A DNA stretch of 64,000 nucleotides from Eledone cirrhosa (taxonomy: Eukaryota): assembly GCA_964016885.1 (NCBI GenBank), contig OZ024744.1, forward strand, positions 34,782,001 to 34,846,000, written 5' to 3'. This document shows, one piece after another, positions 1-14,292 of this stretch. Numbering within the stretch: position 1 is the first letter of the stretch; every line of letters starts with the position of its first letter. The notes beneath the pieces were generated by a model. That model did no database searches, was not told the DNA's origin, and saw only the letters and a list, made by a program, of their open reading frames with translations. The position numbers and the translations under genes were made by a program.

Positions 1-544
1 ACCACTGTGCTACCATTACACCAACACATCACCCGTCTTTTACCATTCGAATTAGAAGCTATAATCTTAGCAACTGTAAATGTCAAGTAAGAATATTCTT
101 GACATTCAGGAAAGGTGTAAATATTGGCATGAAAAATTAACCCTCAGTTTCCAAGAGAAGTATTTTGTGCAATGTTTACTTTACACTAAGTTACAGACAT
201 TGCCTTGTCACTTTCACTGTGAACCATTAATTATTTGATTACTGGAAACCTGTAAACACAGGTGGTGTTATTTACCTGTTGTGATTATGTATATAATATG
301 ACAGACAGGTCAAAAGAAAACATAATCCTCTTCATTTTTGTCATTGTCATCATCACCATCATCATCGTGAACATTAACATCATTAGCATCATCGCCAACA
401 TTATTATCATCATCAATATCATCATCATTATCACCAACATCATCACCATCATCATCATTGCAATCATCATCATCATCGCCAGCAAAACCATTACCACTAT
501 CATATTTCAGGATCATCATCACACCAAAATCAGTACTACCACCG

Positions 545-3500
545 TCACCATCATCATCACTATCACCATCATCATCACTATCACCATCATCATCACTATC
601 ACCATCATCATCACTATCACCATCATCATCACTATCACCATCATCATCATTGTCACCATCATCATCACTATCACCGTCATCATCATTGTCACCATCATCA
701 TCACTATCACCATCATCATCATTGTCACCATCATCATCACTATCACCATCATCATCACTATCACCGTCATCATCACTATCACCATCATCATCACTATCAC
801 CATCATCATCATTGTCACCATCATCATCACTATCACCGTCATCATCATTGTCACCATCATCATCACTATCACCATCATCATCACTATCACCGTCATCATC
901 ACTATCACCGTCATCATCATTGTCACCATCATCATCACTATCACCATCATCATCACTATCACCATCATCATCACTATCACCGTCATCATCATTGTCACCA
1001 TCATCATCACTATCACCGTCATCATCACTATCACCATCATCATCATTGTCACCATCATCATCATTGTCACCATCATCATCACTATCACCATCATCATCAC
1101 TATCACCGTCATCATCACTATCACCATCATCATCATTGTCACCATCATCATCACTATCACCATCATCATCATTGTCACCATCATCATCACTATCACCGTC
1201 ATCATCATTGTCACCATCATCATCACTATCACCATCATCATCATTGTCACCATCATCATCACTATCACCATCATCATCACTATCACCATCATCATCACTA
1301 TCACCGTCATCATCATTGTCACCATCATCATCACTATCACCATCATCATCATTGTCACCATCATCATCACTATCACCGTCATCATCATTGTCACCATCAT
1401 CATCACTATCACCATCATCATCATTGTCACCATCATCATCACTATCACCATCATCATCATTGTCACCATCATCATCACTATCACCATCATCATCACTATC
1501 ACCATCATCATCACTATCACCGTCATCATCATTGTCACCATCATCATCACTATCACCATCATCATCACTATCACCGTCATCATCATTGTCACCATCATCA
1601 TCACTATCACCATCATCATCATTGTCACCATCATCATCACTATCACCATCATCATCATTGTCACCATCATCATCACTATCACCATCATCATCACTATCAC
1701 CATCATCATCACTATCACCGTCATCATCATTGTCACCATCATCATCACTATCACCATCATCATCATTGTCACCATCATCATCATTGTCACCATCATCATC
1801 ACTATCACCATCATCATCACTATCACCGTCATCATCATTGTCACCATCATCATCACTATCACCGTCATCATCATTGTCACCATCATCATCACTATCACCA
1901 TCATCATCATTGTCACCATCATCATCACTATCACCATCATCATCATTGTCACCATCATCATCACTATCACCATCATCATCACTATCACCATCATCATCAC
2001 TATCACCATCATCATCACTATCACCATCATCATCATTGTCACCATCATCATCACTATCACCATCATCATCATTGTCACCATCATCATCACTATCACCGTC
2101 ATCATCATTGTCACCATCATCATCACTATCACCATCATCATCACTATCACCGTCATCATCACTATCACCATCATCATTGTCACCATCATCATCACTATCA
2201 CCATCATCATCACTATCACCATCATCATCATTGTCACCATCATCATCACTATCACCATCATCATCATTGTCACCATCATCATCACTATCACCGTCATCAT
2301 CATTGTCACCATCATCATCACTATCACCATCATCATCATTGTCAGCATCATCATCACTATCACCATCATCATCATTGTCACCATCATCATCACTATCACC
2401 ATCATCATCACTATCACCGTCATCATCACTATCACCATCATCACTATCACCGTCATCATCATTGTCACCGTCATCATCATTGTCAGCATCATCATCATTG
2501 TCACCATCATCATCACTATCACCATCATCATCATTGTCACCATCATCATCACTATCACCATCATCATCACTATCACCATCATCATCATTGTCAGCATCAT
2601 CATCACTATCACCATCATCATCACTATCACCATCATCATCACTATCACCGTCATCATCATTGTCACCATCATCATCACTATCACCATCATCATCACTATC
2701 ACCGTCATCATCACTATCACCATCATCATCATTGTCACCATCATCATCACTATCACCATCATCATCATTGTCACCATCATCATCACTATCACCGTCATCA
2801 TCATTGTCACCATCATCATCACTATCACCGTCATCATCATTGTCACCATCATCATCACTATCACCGTCATCATCACTATCACCATCATCATCATTGTCAC
2901 CATCATCATCACTATCACCATCATCATCATTGTCACCATCATCATCACTATCACCATCATCATCACTATCACCATCATCATCACTATCACCATCATCATC
3001 ACTATCACCATCATCATCACTATCACCATCATCATCATTGTCACCATCATCATCACTATCACCATCATCATCACTATCACCATCATCATCACTATCACCA
3101 TCATCATCATTGTCACCATCATCATCACTATCACCGTCATCATCATTGTCAGCATCATCATCATTGTCACCATCATCATCACTATCACCATCATCATCAT
3201 TGTCACCATCATCATCACTATCACCATCATCATCACTATCACCGTCATCATCACTATCACCATCATCATCACTATCACCGTCATCATCATTGTCACCATT
3301 ATCATCACTATCACCATCATCATCACTATCACCGTCATCATCACTATCACCATCATCATCATTGTCACCATCATCATCACTATCACCGTCATCATCATTG
3401 TCACCATCATCATCACTATCACCATCATCATCATTGTCACCATCATCATCACTATCACCATCATCATCACTATCACCATCATCATCACTATCACCATCAT

Positions 3501-6318
3501 CATCACTATCACCATCATCATCACTATCACCGTCATCATCACTATCACCATCATCATCACTATCACCATCATCATCATTGTCACCATCATCATCACTATC
3601 ACCGTCATCATCACTATCACCATCATCATCACTATCACCATCATCATCATTGTCACCATCATCATCACTATCACCGTCATCATCATTGTCACCATTATCA
3701 TCACTATCACCATCATCATCACTATCACCGTCATCATCACTATCACCATCATCATCATTGTCACCATCATCATCACTATCACCGTCATCATCATTGTCAC
3801 CATCATCATCACTATCACCATCATCATCATTGTCACCATCATCATCACTATCACCATCATCATCACTATCACCATCATCATCACTATCACCATCATCATC
3901 ATTGTCACCATCATCATCATTGTCACCATCATCATCACTATCACCGTCATCATCACTATCACCATCATCATCACTATCACCATCATCATCATTGTCACCA
4001 TCATCATCACTATCACCATCATCATCATTGTCACCATCATCATCATTGTCACCATCATCATCATTGTCACCATCATCATCACTATCACCGTCATCATCAT
4101 TGTCACCATCATCATCATTGTCACCATCATCATCATTGTCACCATCATCATCACTATCACCATCATCATCATTGTCACCATCATCATCATTGTCACCATC
4201 ATCATCATTGTCACCATCATCATCACTATCACCGTCATCATCACTATCACCATCATCATCACTATCACCATCATCATCATTGTCACCATCATCATCACTA
4301 TCACCATCATCATCATTGTCACCATCATCATCACTATCACCATCATCATCATTGTCACCATCATCATCACTATCACCATCATCATCATTGTCACCATCAT
4401 CATCACTATCACCGTCATCATCACTATCACCATCATCATCATTGTCACCATCATCATCATTGTCACCATCATCATCACTATCACCGTCATCATCACTATC
4501 ACCGTCATCATCACTATCACCATCATCATCACTATCACCATCATCATCATTGTCACCATCATCATCACTATCACCATCATCATCACTATCACCATCATCA
4601 TCATTGTCACCATCATCATCACTATCACCATCATCATCACTATCACCATCATCATCATTGTCACCATCATCATCACTATCACCATCATCATCACTATCAC
4701 CATCATCATCATTGTCACCATCATCATCACTATCACCGTCATCATCATTGTCACCATCATCATCACTATCACCATCATCATCACTATCACCGTCATCATC
4801 ACTATCACCATCATCATCACTATCACCGTCATCATCATTGTCACCATCATCATCACTATCACCATCATCATCACTATCACCATCATCATCACTATCACCA
4901 TCATCATCATTGTCACCATCATCATCACTATCACCGTCATCATCATTGTCACCATCATCATCACTATCACCATCATCATCACTATCACCGTCATCATCAC
5001 TATCACCATCATCATCACTATCACCGTCATCATCATTGTCACCATCATCATCACTATCACCATCATCATCACTATCACCGTCATCATCACTATCACCATC
5101 ATCATCACTATCACCATCATCATCATTGTCACCATCATCATCACTATCACCATCATCATCACTATCACCATCATCATCATTGTCACCATCATCATCACTA
5201 TCACCATCATCATCACTATCACCATCATCATCATTGTCACCATCATCATCACTATCACCGTCATCATCATTGTCACCATCATCATCACTATCACCATCAT
5301 CATCACTATCACCGTCATCATCACTATCACCATCATCATCACTATCACCATCATCATCATTGTCACCATCATCATCACTATCACCGTCATCATCATTGTC
5401 ACCATCATCATCACTATCACCATCATCATCACTATCACCATCATCATCATTGTCACCATCATCATCACTATCACCGTCATCATCATTGTCACCATCATCA
5501 TCACTATCACCATCATCATCACTATCACCGTCATCATCACTATCACCATCATCATCACTATCACCGTCATCATCACTATCACCGTCATCATCATTGTCAG
5601 CATCATCATCACTATCACCATCATCACTATCACCATCATCATCACTATCACCATCATCATCATTGTCACCATCATCATCACTATCACCGTCATCATCACT
5701 ATCACCGTCATCATCACTATCACCATCATCATCATTGTCACCATCATCATCACTATCACCGTCATCATCATTGTCACCATCATCATCACTATCACCATCA
5801 TCATCACTATCACCATCATCATCATTGTCACCATCATCATCACTATCACCGTCATCATCACTATCACCGTCATCATCACTATCACCATCATCATCATTGT
5901 CACCATCATCATCACTATCACCGTCATCATCATTGTCACCATCATCATCACTATCACCGTCATCATCACTATCACCGTCATCATCATTGTCACCATCATC
6001 ATCACTATCACCGTCATCATCATTGTCACCATCATCACTATCACCATCATCATCACTATCACCATCATCATCACTATCACCATCATCATCACTATCACCA
6101 TCATCATCACTATCACCATCATCATCACTATCACCATCATCATCACTATCACCGTCATCATCACTATCACCATCATCATCATTGTCACCATCATCATCAC
6201 TATCACCGTCATCATCACTATCACCGTCATCATTGTCACCGTCATCATCATTGTCAGCATCATCATCATTGTCACCATCATCATCATTGTCACCGTCATC
6301 ATCATTGTCACCATCACC
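545..6318. repeat. 18-bp minisatellite TCACCRTCATCATCAYTR, roughly 320 units, flanked by degenerate (CAT)n
   Basis: Tandem 18-mer read directly (SPSSSL in one frame). Four main variants (CCA/CCG x CTA/TTG), with occasional 15-bp units. Confidence 0.95.
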
Positions 6319-6589
6319 ATCATCATCATCATCATCATCATCAGTAGCAGCATCATCATCAGCAGCAGCAGTAGCAGGCTACAGAAGTGTAGTATAAGTA
6401 TATGAGGAGACAGTTTACTGTGTTGTAGAGCTCAGTCTTACAGTAATTTATGTTCGAACTCTTGTAAGCACCACATTTGCCTTTCATATCACCAGAATCA
6501 ATAAAATCAATAACAATTTTTAGATGTAATTGTCTTGAAACAGAAATAATAGTTTCTGATTTAGGTAAGAGGCCAATCATTTTGTTGAG

Positions 6590-7365
6590 GTGGAAAGTTG
6601 ATTAAATTGAACCCAGTACATTACTGGTACTTTATTTTATCGACCTTATAAGGATGAAAGGTAAAGCTAACTTTTGCAGGATTTGAACTCAGGAACAAAA
6701 AGGGATGTAACTGTATGCTGTAAAGCATGATATCTGAACATCATGATGATCATCTTCGGATAACATGCTTAGTGCATAGAGTTACGACCCTTTACGTTCT
6801 AAGTTCACATCCCGTCAAGATTAGCTTTGCCTTTCAACCTTACGAGGTCGATAAAATAAAGTACCAGTAATGTTCTGAGGTTGGTTTAATAAACTTTCCC
6901 CTCTCCAGGCCTTGTGCCTAAATCAAAAACCATTATTAAGGCCAGTTTTAAGGGCGGTGGATTTGCAGTATCAGTAGAGGGTCGGATGGCATCCTTTACA
7001 GCATAGAGTTATGGTCCTTTACGTTCTGGGTTAAAATCTTGCCGGGGTTAACTTTGCCTTTCATCTTTACGGGGTCGATAAAATAAAGTACCAGTAATAC
7101 ACTGGGATAATTGCTGGCCTTGTGCCAAAAGTAGAAACAATTATTGAGGCCAGTAGATTGGCAGAATCGGTAGAACATCAGACAATATGTTTGATGGCAT
7201 TTAGTTACGGCTTGTCACATTATGAGTTCAAATACCAGTGACGTCAACGTTACCTTTTATCAGGGATTGAAGAAATAAAGTACCAGTTATGTACTTTGGT
7301 TAATTTAATCAAATAACCCTTCCATGTAAATGTGTGGACTTGTTTGTGCCTCTGTTAGAAATAAT
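6590..7365. mobile_element. Cluster of four tRNA-derived SINE copies (one minus, three plus)
   Basis: Repeated B-box-like GAGTTCAAATCCC, core CTTTGCCTTTCATC..GGGGTCGATAAAATAAAGTACCAGT and tail CCTTGTGCC..AAGTAGAAACAATTATT. Confidence 0.85.
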
Positions 7366-7684
7366 TATCATTACCATCATCATCATTACTATACTCCATC
7401 ATCATCATCATCTTCATTACTAACATACTCATTCTCCTCATCACCATCATCACCACAATCTTCAACATCACCATCATCATCATCATTGCTGTACTTGCTA
7501 TTATGATTGTTTTGTTTTTTTGTTTTATTAATTATGCTATCTTTACTTCAAGTTCAATTTCTCAACTAAAATAAAATTCGATGTAATTAAAAATAAAAAT
7601 TTAAATTTAAATTTAAATAAAAGACATTTCCCTAATTAATTTTTTCTTTTTTTCTTTTTTTCTTCTTTTCTGTAATTCTTTCAG

Positions 7685-8027
7685 TTTGTTGCACACCCAC
7701 ACTGCCAGCAACTTTTAACTTCGATATGGTATGAAGGACTCCCAGGATGGAGGAAACGAAACGGTTTTACAAAACTATTGATGTGCATTGGTCTCATACT
7801 GCTGTTGCCATTTATGGCAGTTTACTATTGGATATTCCCACGGAGCAAGATTGGTCAAATTTTGCGTAGTCCTTTCATGAAATTTTTATATCACAGTGCC
7901 TCATTTGGTGCATTTCTGTCGTTATTGGTTTGTGCATCTACAGACATTAGTAGCAAACCTGGTCGAGAACGATTGCGTAGTCCACCGCCTTCAGTACTAG
8001 AATGGCTTATTGTTTTCTGGGTCACAG
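7685..8027 (+). CDS. Internal exon of a TRPC-family (TRP-gamma/TRPC4/5-like) cation channel, pre-S1 to S2 region
   Basis: Polypyrimidine tract and ttcAG acceptor ending at 7684; G|gtcagt donor at 8028. Translation [22 protein letters not shown]...[13 protein letters not shown]...[16 protein letters not shown] carries TRPC hallmark motifs. Phase 0 start, phase 1 end. Confidence 0.93.
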
Positions 8028-8080
8028 GTCAGTAGAGTTCATGTTTTTTCGTTTTTTTTTCATATTTGTGTGTGTGTGTC

Positions 8081-8170
8081 CAGCGACATTGGTGTGGCTA
8101 GCAGATCCGGAGGCCGAGCCTCAGGGAAACGCCGATGCGCAGGCTATGGTTGTCTAACTGCGTGCCAGTG
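8081..8170 (-). mobile_element. ~88-bp fragment of a CRE-clade LINE embedded in (TG)n
   Basis: Near-identical to 9367-9454; encodes [19 protein letters not shown]. Confidence 0.85.
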
Positions 8171-8774
8171 TGTATGTGTCTGTGCGTGTTTGTGTGTGTG
8201 TGTACGCGCATGTGTGTGCATATGTGTGTATAAATGTGTTTATATGCATTGTGTACGTGTATGTGTGCTTGTGTGTGTGTATGTGTCTGTGTGTGTTTGT
8301 GTGTGTCTGCGTGTACGTGCATGTGTGTGCGTATGTGTGTGTCTGCGTGTACGTGCATGTGTGTGTGTACATGTGTGCATCTGTGTGTGTGTGTATGCAT
8401 GTGTGGGTGCATATGTGTGTGTATGTGTATGTGTGCTTGTGTGTGCATGTCTGTCTGCGTGTGCGTGTGTACGTGCATGTGTGTGTGTGCATGTGTGTGT
8501 GTGTGTAAGTGTGTGTGTCTGTGTGTGCATGTGTGTGTATGTGTGTGTAAGTGTGTGTGTCTGGTTGTGCATATGTGTGTGTATGTGTGTAAGTGTGTGT
8601 ATCTGTGTGTGCATGTGTGTGCATGTGTGTATATGTGTGTGCATGTGTGTATATGTGTGTGTTTGTGTGTAAGTGTGTGTGTCTGTGTGTGCATGTGTGT
8701 GTATGTGTGTGTGTGTAAGTGTGTGCATGTGTGTGTATGTGTGTGTATGTGTGTGTATGTGTGTGTATGTAAGT

Positions 8775-8808
<34 letters not shown>

Positions 8809-8810
8809 CT

Positions 8811-8852
<42 letters not shown>
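8170..8852. repeat. Degenerate (TG)n microsatellite
   Basis: Seen directly. Confidence 0.95.
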
Positions 8853-8854
<2 letters not shown>

Positions 8855-8964
8855 GGTGGCAATTTTGCTCAGTCATCATTATGTTGTATGGAATACTTCA
8901 AGGTATTTATTCCCACTTTCTACTCTATATACAATATACAAGTGGAACCCATTTCTTCTACAAC

Positions 8965-10085
8965 TACAACGGTACGCGATGGGGCCCACCCACAGCCCCG
9001 GCGGACAGAATGGAGAAGGCGTTTCCTCGGAGGACGGCATGGGAGACACCCTGGAAAAGCCACTCCAACTCGCGGGGTTCACACCTGCGGCTGGCCAGCT
9101 CAGCGCCTATGGTGGTGAGTAAGTAGGTGGCCCTGGGGCCGAGAACACCAGAAGTCTCCACTGCCAGGGGGTACAACCGCAAACCTGTCGGAGAGCGACC
9201 GGTATTTGAGGAGTTTGGACTCCTCAGCCCGACGTGCAGCAGAACCTGGGTCAGTCGCAGACTGCACCAGGTTGCGGCTGCAGAAAGTGTCGGTGGCGTG
9301 GAATGCGGCCGGCACTGTGGCGACAGGAAGGTGGGTGGAGACCGAAAGAGTCCACGGTGGAACCGCAGCGACATTGGTGTGGCTGGCAGATCCGGAGGCG
9401 AGCCTCAGGGAAACGCCGATGCGCAGGCTATGGTTGTCTAGCTGCGTGCCAGTGGAGAAGGAGGGCAGGGCATGGAGCCAGGCACCACTGTGGGGTTTGA
9501 GGCCGCACGGAAACAAGCAAGGTGGTGCTGGTCGAGCTGGCGCATGAGCCTGTCTTTGGCCAGGCTGCACTGGATGACATCCCTAGTGCGTTAGGGGGAC
9601 TTGACGTCAACAGGGTGAGAAGGAGGAGGGATGTCTACTGGGCTAAGTCCCAACCGGTCCCACGTCTCACAGGCGGCCTCACGTTCTCTGAACACAGAGG
9701 GTTCTGTTGTGTTTTGAAGAACCCTGCTGACGAGGACGCGGAACGAGGTTACCGACGAAAGATACGCCGGCAAAGCTAGTGAGATCGGGGACCGGAGGCC
9801 AAGGCCGTCATACCTGATAGGTAAAGTGGCCTGTTGCCACCCTATGTCGTCAAACTTGACGTTGCATATCTCCTCGGCTGCTGCTCGGATACAAGTATCG
9901 AGGTCAGGGAGGAGAGATAACGGGTGTAGCACGGAGCGCTGCGGAGAGTATGGAGGAGCAGTTCCTCAGCAGAAAGAGAGCTGGGTGGCCGTCAATCAAG
10001 CCCAGTCGGCTCGTGACAGTCTGGAGCTGTTGAAGCCTGGACCTGATGGTGGAGTGGATGGCCGGCGAGTGGATCGGTGACCCGA
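8965..10085 (-). mobile_element. Decayed 3' part of a CRE-clade non-LTR retrotransposon (thumb, zinc knuckle, restriction-like endonuclease)
   Basis: Motifs QATLPIRYDGLGLR, GAWLHALPS, HQCRCG, AEESKLLKY, LAVETSGVLG and AVLRGNA across frameshifted ORFs; GC-rich island. Confidence 0.8.
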
Positions 10086-10177
10086 GGATTAGAGTTCAAA
10101 TCTTGTCATGGTCAGTTTTGCCTTTCATTTTGGGGGGTATTAAGTAGAGTACCACACCAATACTAGAGTCAATTATT

Positions 10178-10744
<567 letters not shown>

Positions 10745-11561
10745 ATTGAAGTTTCATGTTATTTGTTTGTGCTTCTTACAACACCTGCATTTTATGTTAA
10801 TTTTTATTTAATTTTCATCTACCATATTTTTGTTTTGTTCTACCATATTATTTTTTTCATGTTCTTCCATACAATTTTTACACTTGAAAACACTAATATG
10901 GAAGAACATTGATATATATATATATATTCTCTCGTTGCTTAGTCAAGAGGAAGGGACAGTGCCAATGACACTTTTCAGGGCCTCTATGAACTGGGGGTGG
11001 GTAGAGACCTGGCCTGAATGCTTACAACAGAGTGAACTCTACTCAGGCCCTTCCCCAGAGGAGAGGTTGCAAGTAGAGGCATTAGATGGCACTGCTCTTC
11101 TTCTTATTTTCCCTTTTCTTCGATGGTACACCCTCAGATTTACAGTGATATGCTTATTGTAAATCTCTACCTGCTCAGAAGGTTTTGAAACTCTCCCCCA
11201 CCTCATTCCAAGTATGTGTGTGTATGTGTAAGTGTATGTGTAAGTGTTGCTGAAGCTCCCACCTATGTCGGTTCAGCTGGTCTCCTCTGAGGATACATCT
11301 CTCATAGGAGGTTTATCAGATGCCTTAATGATAATCCTTTCTATAATGTATTCTGTGTTACTGGACTGAAGAAACAAAATCAAATCCATAAAATTACAAT
11401 CATGAGTCCAACATCATAACCATTCTGTTATATGCCTTCACTATATAATAAAAATATCATCATCATCATCATCATCATCATTATCATCATCGTCATCATT
11501 ATCATAATCTTCCATCTGCTTTTCCTGGACACAACCATATCTGGTTAATATATATACTTAT

Positions 11562-12396
11562 AACGGTTTCTCTCTAAAAATGAAAGGCAGGCTGCATGAT
11601 GCCTGCACACGAACAGCAATGTTACATGGCAGTGAGACCTGGGCATTGTGTGCAGAGGACCTACGCAGACTGGAGAGGAACGAAGCTTGCACGCTCCGTT
11701 GGATATGTAATAGTAATATACGTGAACGGCAAAGCATAAATGAACTAAGGGAGAAATTAGGAATAAGAGGGATCAGATGCTGTTTACTCGAGAGAAGACT
11801 ACGTTGGTATGGTCACGTGATGCGCATGAAAGACGACAGCTGTATAAAAAAGTGCAGGGCGATAAAAATAGACGGTAACCATGGAGTAGGCAGACCCAGA
11901 AAAACCTGGGACGCCTTGATAAATTCCGACCTCACACACTTACACCTCTCCAAGACAATGTCACTGGACCGAGATCTTTGGCGCTACGCAGTAATACAGA
12001 AGATCCGCCTTGCCTATGTACAAAGCGAAACCTACAGTCAGTAGGCACCTCTTAAACAAAATACACCCCCTCCCACTAACCCTTACCCCCACCGCCATCT
12101 ACACCACCCATTTCGATGTAAAGTTATGTTGGTACCACAACATCCAGTCCTAAATAAATGAGGTCGTGTAGGTCATACGACAAAAAAACACACAGTCCAC
12201 GCTGTAATGTGGCCGTGTAGGTAACACGGTAAAAACCTCCCAGTCCACTCTGTAAACGTGGTTAGTGTTAGGAAGGGCATCCAGCCGTAGAAAACCCGCC
12301 AAACAGTCCTATACGAGCAAGACAACCAATCTTGCCTCAAGTGGGAAAATTCCCGTCCAGACCCATGCTAGCGTGGAAAATGGACGTTAAACGACT

Positions 12397-12428
<32 letters not shown>
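11562..12428 (+). mobile_element. 5'-truncated RTE-clade LINE with (GAT)n tail
   Basis: ORF 11580-12044 has [20 protein letters not shown] and GRPRKTW; ends GGACGTTAAACG..(GAT)n. Confidence 0.9.
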
Positions 12429-12761
12429 ATATTATCTATAGAAGTAAATTTAATATACATGGGAGAAAATAATTCAATTGTTTTTGGCTGAACAGATGAA
12501 GCAAAATATAATTGGTAAAACTGGGCTACTTGGCTTCTAAAACAATAATTTAGACTGATTTAATTTGCTTTTGATATAGAGGCTAAGATGTGTAAATATA
12601 GGTTGCATATATATATCATCATCATCATCATCGTTTAACGTTCATTTTCCATTGTAGCATGGATATATATGTATGTAAAAGGTATACAGAAATAACAAAA
12701 CAATCGGTGCAGTATATGGAAGCTATATATTAGGTTAATGCTTAAAATAGCAGGAAGAGGG

Positions 12762-12797
12762 TCTTAACGTTTCGGACGCTAGTCCTTCACCAGAAGA
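12762..12797 (-). ncRNA. Minimal hammerhead-like motif with a mutated core (CUGGUGA)
   Basis: Minus strand: TCTT CTGGTGA A GGAC-TAGC-GTCC GAAA CG TTA AGA. A related copy with CTGATGA lies at ~55588-55615. Confidence 0.6.
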
Positions 12798-12921
12798 AAG
12801 AATGAGAAATAAGATAGGGTGGAGTGAAATTGGAAAAAATGTCTTTACATAAAAATAACAGGTCCATTCATGCTAAATAATAAGTCTTGTTACTCCTGCT
12901 TTTCACAGTCATCAGACATAA

Positions 12922-12956
<35 letters not shown>

Positions 12957-13244
12957 TGTATGTCGATGATGATGATGATGATGATGATGAGATATATATA
13001 TATATATATATAATCATCATCATCATCACTGTTTAATATTTATTTTTGATACTTGTATAGGTTAGATAGACTGTCATGTATTATAGCTAGATTAGACAGG
13101 TGATCATGCTCCTTTTTTGGCTTGGTTTCTATAGCCAGATACCCTTTCGAATGTGTACAGGGAATATCGCATCATGACTTTGGCACTATCACCTTACTAT
13201 GTGGACTGGGTACACCTGTGCATGTGTGTGTATGTTTCATTGTG

Positions 13245-13430
13245 TTGGATTGGCAGTATCGGTAGAAGGTCGGACGCTATGCTTTCCAGCATAGTTACGT
13301 CCCTTTACAGACTGAGTTCAAATCCCGCCAAGGTTAACTTTGCCTTTCATCATTACGGGGTCAATAAAATAAAGTACCAGTAATGTACTGAGTAATTGCT
13401 GGCTTTGTGCCAAAAGTAGAAACAATTATT
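13245..13430 (+). mobile_element. tRNA-derived SINE
   Basis: Same family as 6952-7146. Confidence 0.85.
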
Positions 13431-13786
13431 TATGTGAGTATGGGTGTGAAATCCCCACATAAATAATAAAAGATACATACGCACACAACCACAAACACAC
13501 TCACACATATGTGCAGACCCATGCATGCACACACTCTCACACACAACTACTCCCTGAAAACATTAAAGAAAACATAAACAATTTATTCTAAAACATTTCA
13601 TTATCAGCCTTTAAAGAACCATTATCCTTCCGTTGACCACTTATCCATTTACAGACATATCAGTGACCTAAGCCATATCTCTAATGAGATGGCTATTTCA
13701 CAGCAGGTAGCTTTATCATCAGTCTCTGGAATTAGCTGTTGAAATGGCAAGAGCTCAGCCAGAGGGCCCCAACTCCTACAAATATA

Positions 13787-13861
<75 letters not shown>

Positions 13862-13864
<3 letters not shown>

Positions 13865-14040
13865 CGAAAGAAATGTGGTAAAGAACCAGATGAACCATAA
13901 CGCACCAAAGTACTCAATACTTAGGGTAGTAGAGTGGGTAATAGAAACAAGTATGACCACGACGGCAGAGGTAAAGCCTTTTCTTCGGTTATTTCTGGAC
14001 TGAGTCGGGGTCATACTGCCGTCGGGGTCATACTTTTTCC
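13862..14040. repeat. Dispersed ~180-bp repeat inserted in (TA)n, with a second copy at 47713-47893
   Basis: Shared GTGGTAA.GAACCAGATG..CCATAACGCACCA.AGTACTCAATACTTAGGGTAGTAGAGT; both copies end in a foldback. Confidence 0.75.
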
Positions 14041-14069
14041 TATATATATATATATATATATATATAATA

Positions 14070-14256
14070 ATATTGTTTCTACTTTTTAGCACAAGGCCAG
14101 CAAATACCCAGTGTATTACTGGTACTTTATTTCATCGACCCCGTAAGGATGAAAGGCAAAGTCAACCTCGGCGTGATTTGAACTCAGACCGTAAAGGGAC
14201 GTAACTATGCTAGAAAGCATGGCGTCCGACCCACTTGCGATACTGCCAATTCACCG
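14070..14256 (-). mobile_element. tRNA-derived SINE
   Basis: Reverse complement of the SINE consensus. Confidence 0.85.
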
Positions 14257-14292
14257 GTAATGACAATAATAATAATAATAGTAATAATAATG

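Noticed and set aside
545-6318. CRISPR-like array or telomeric repeat
   Set aside because: No unique spacers, eukaryotic context, and the unit is not TTAGGG-like.
262-6405. ~2000-aa ORFs on both strands
   Set aside because: They arise from a stop-free triplet-derived minisatellite, with no domain or splice evidence.
7778-8035. 85-aa ORF as a standalone gene
   Set aside because: It is part of the spliced exon 7685-8027 read through the donor site.
8010-8879. Cys/Val- and His/Thr-rich ORFs, and similar YI-rich ORFs across the window
   Set aside because: Translations of (TG)n and (TA)n microsatellites.
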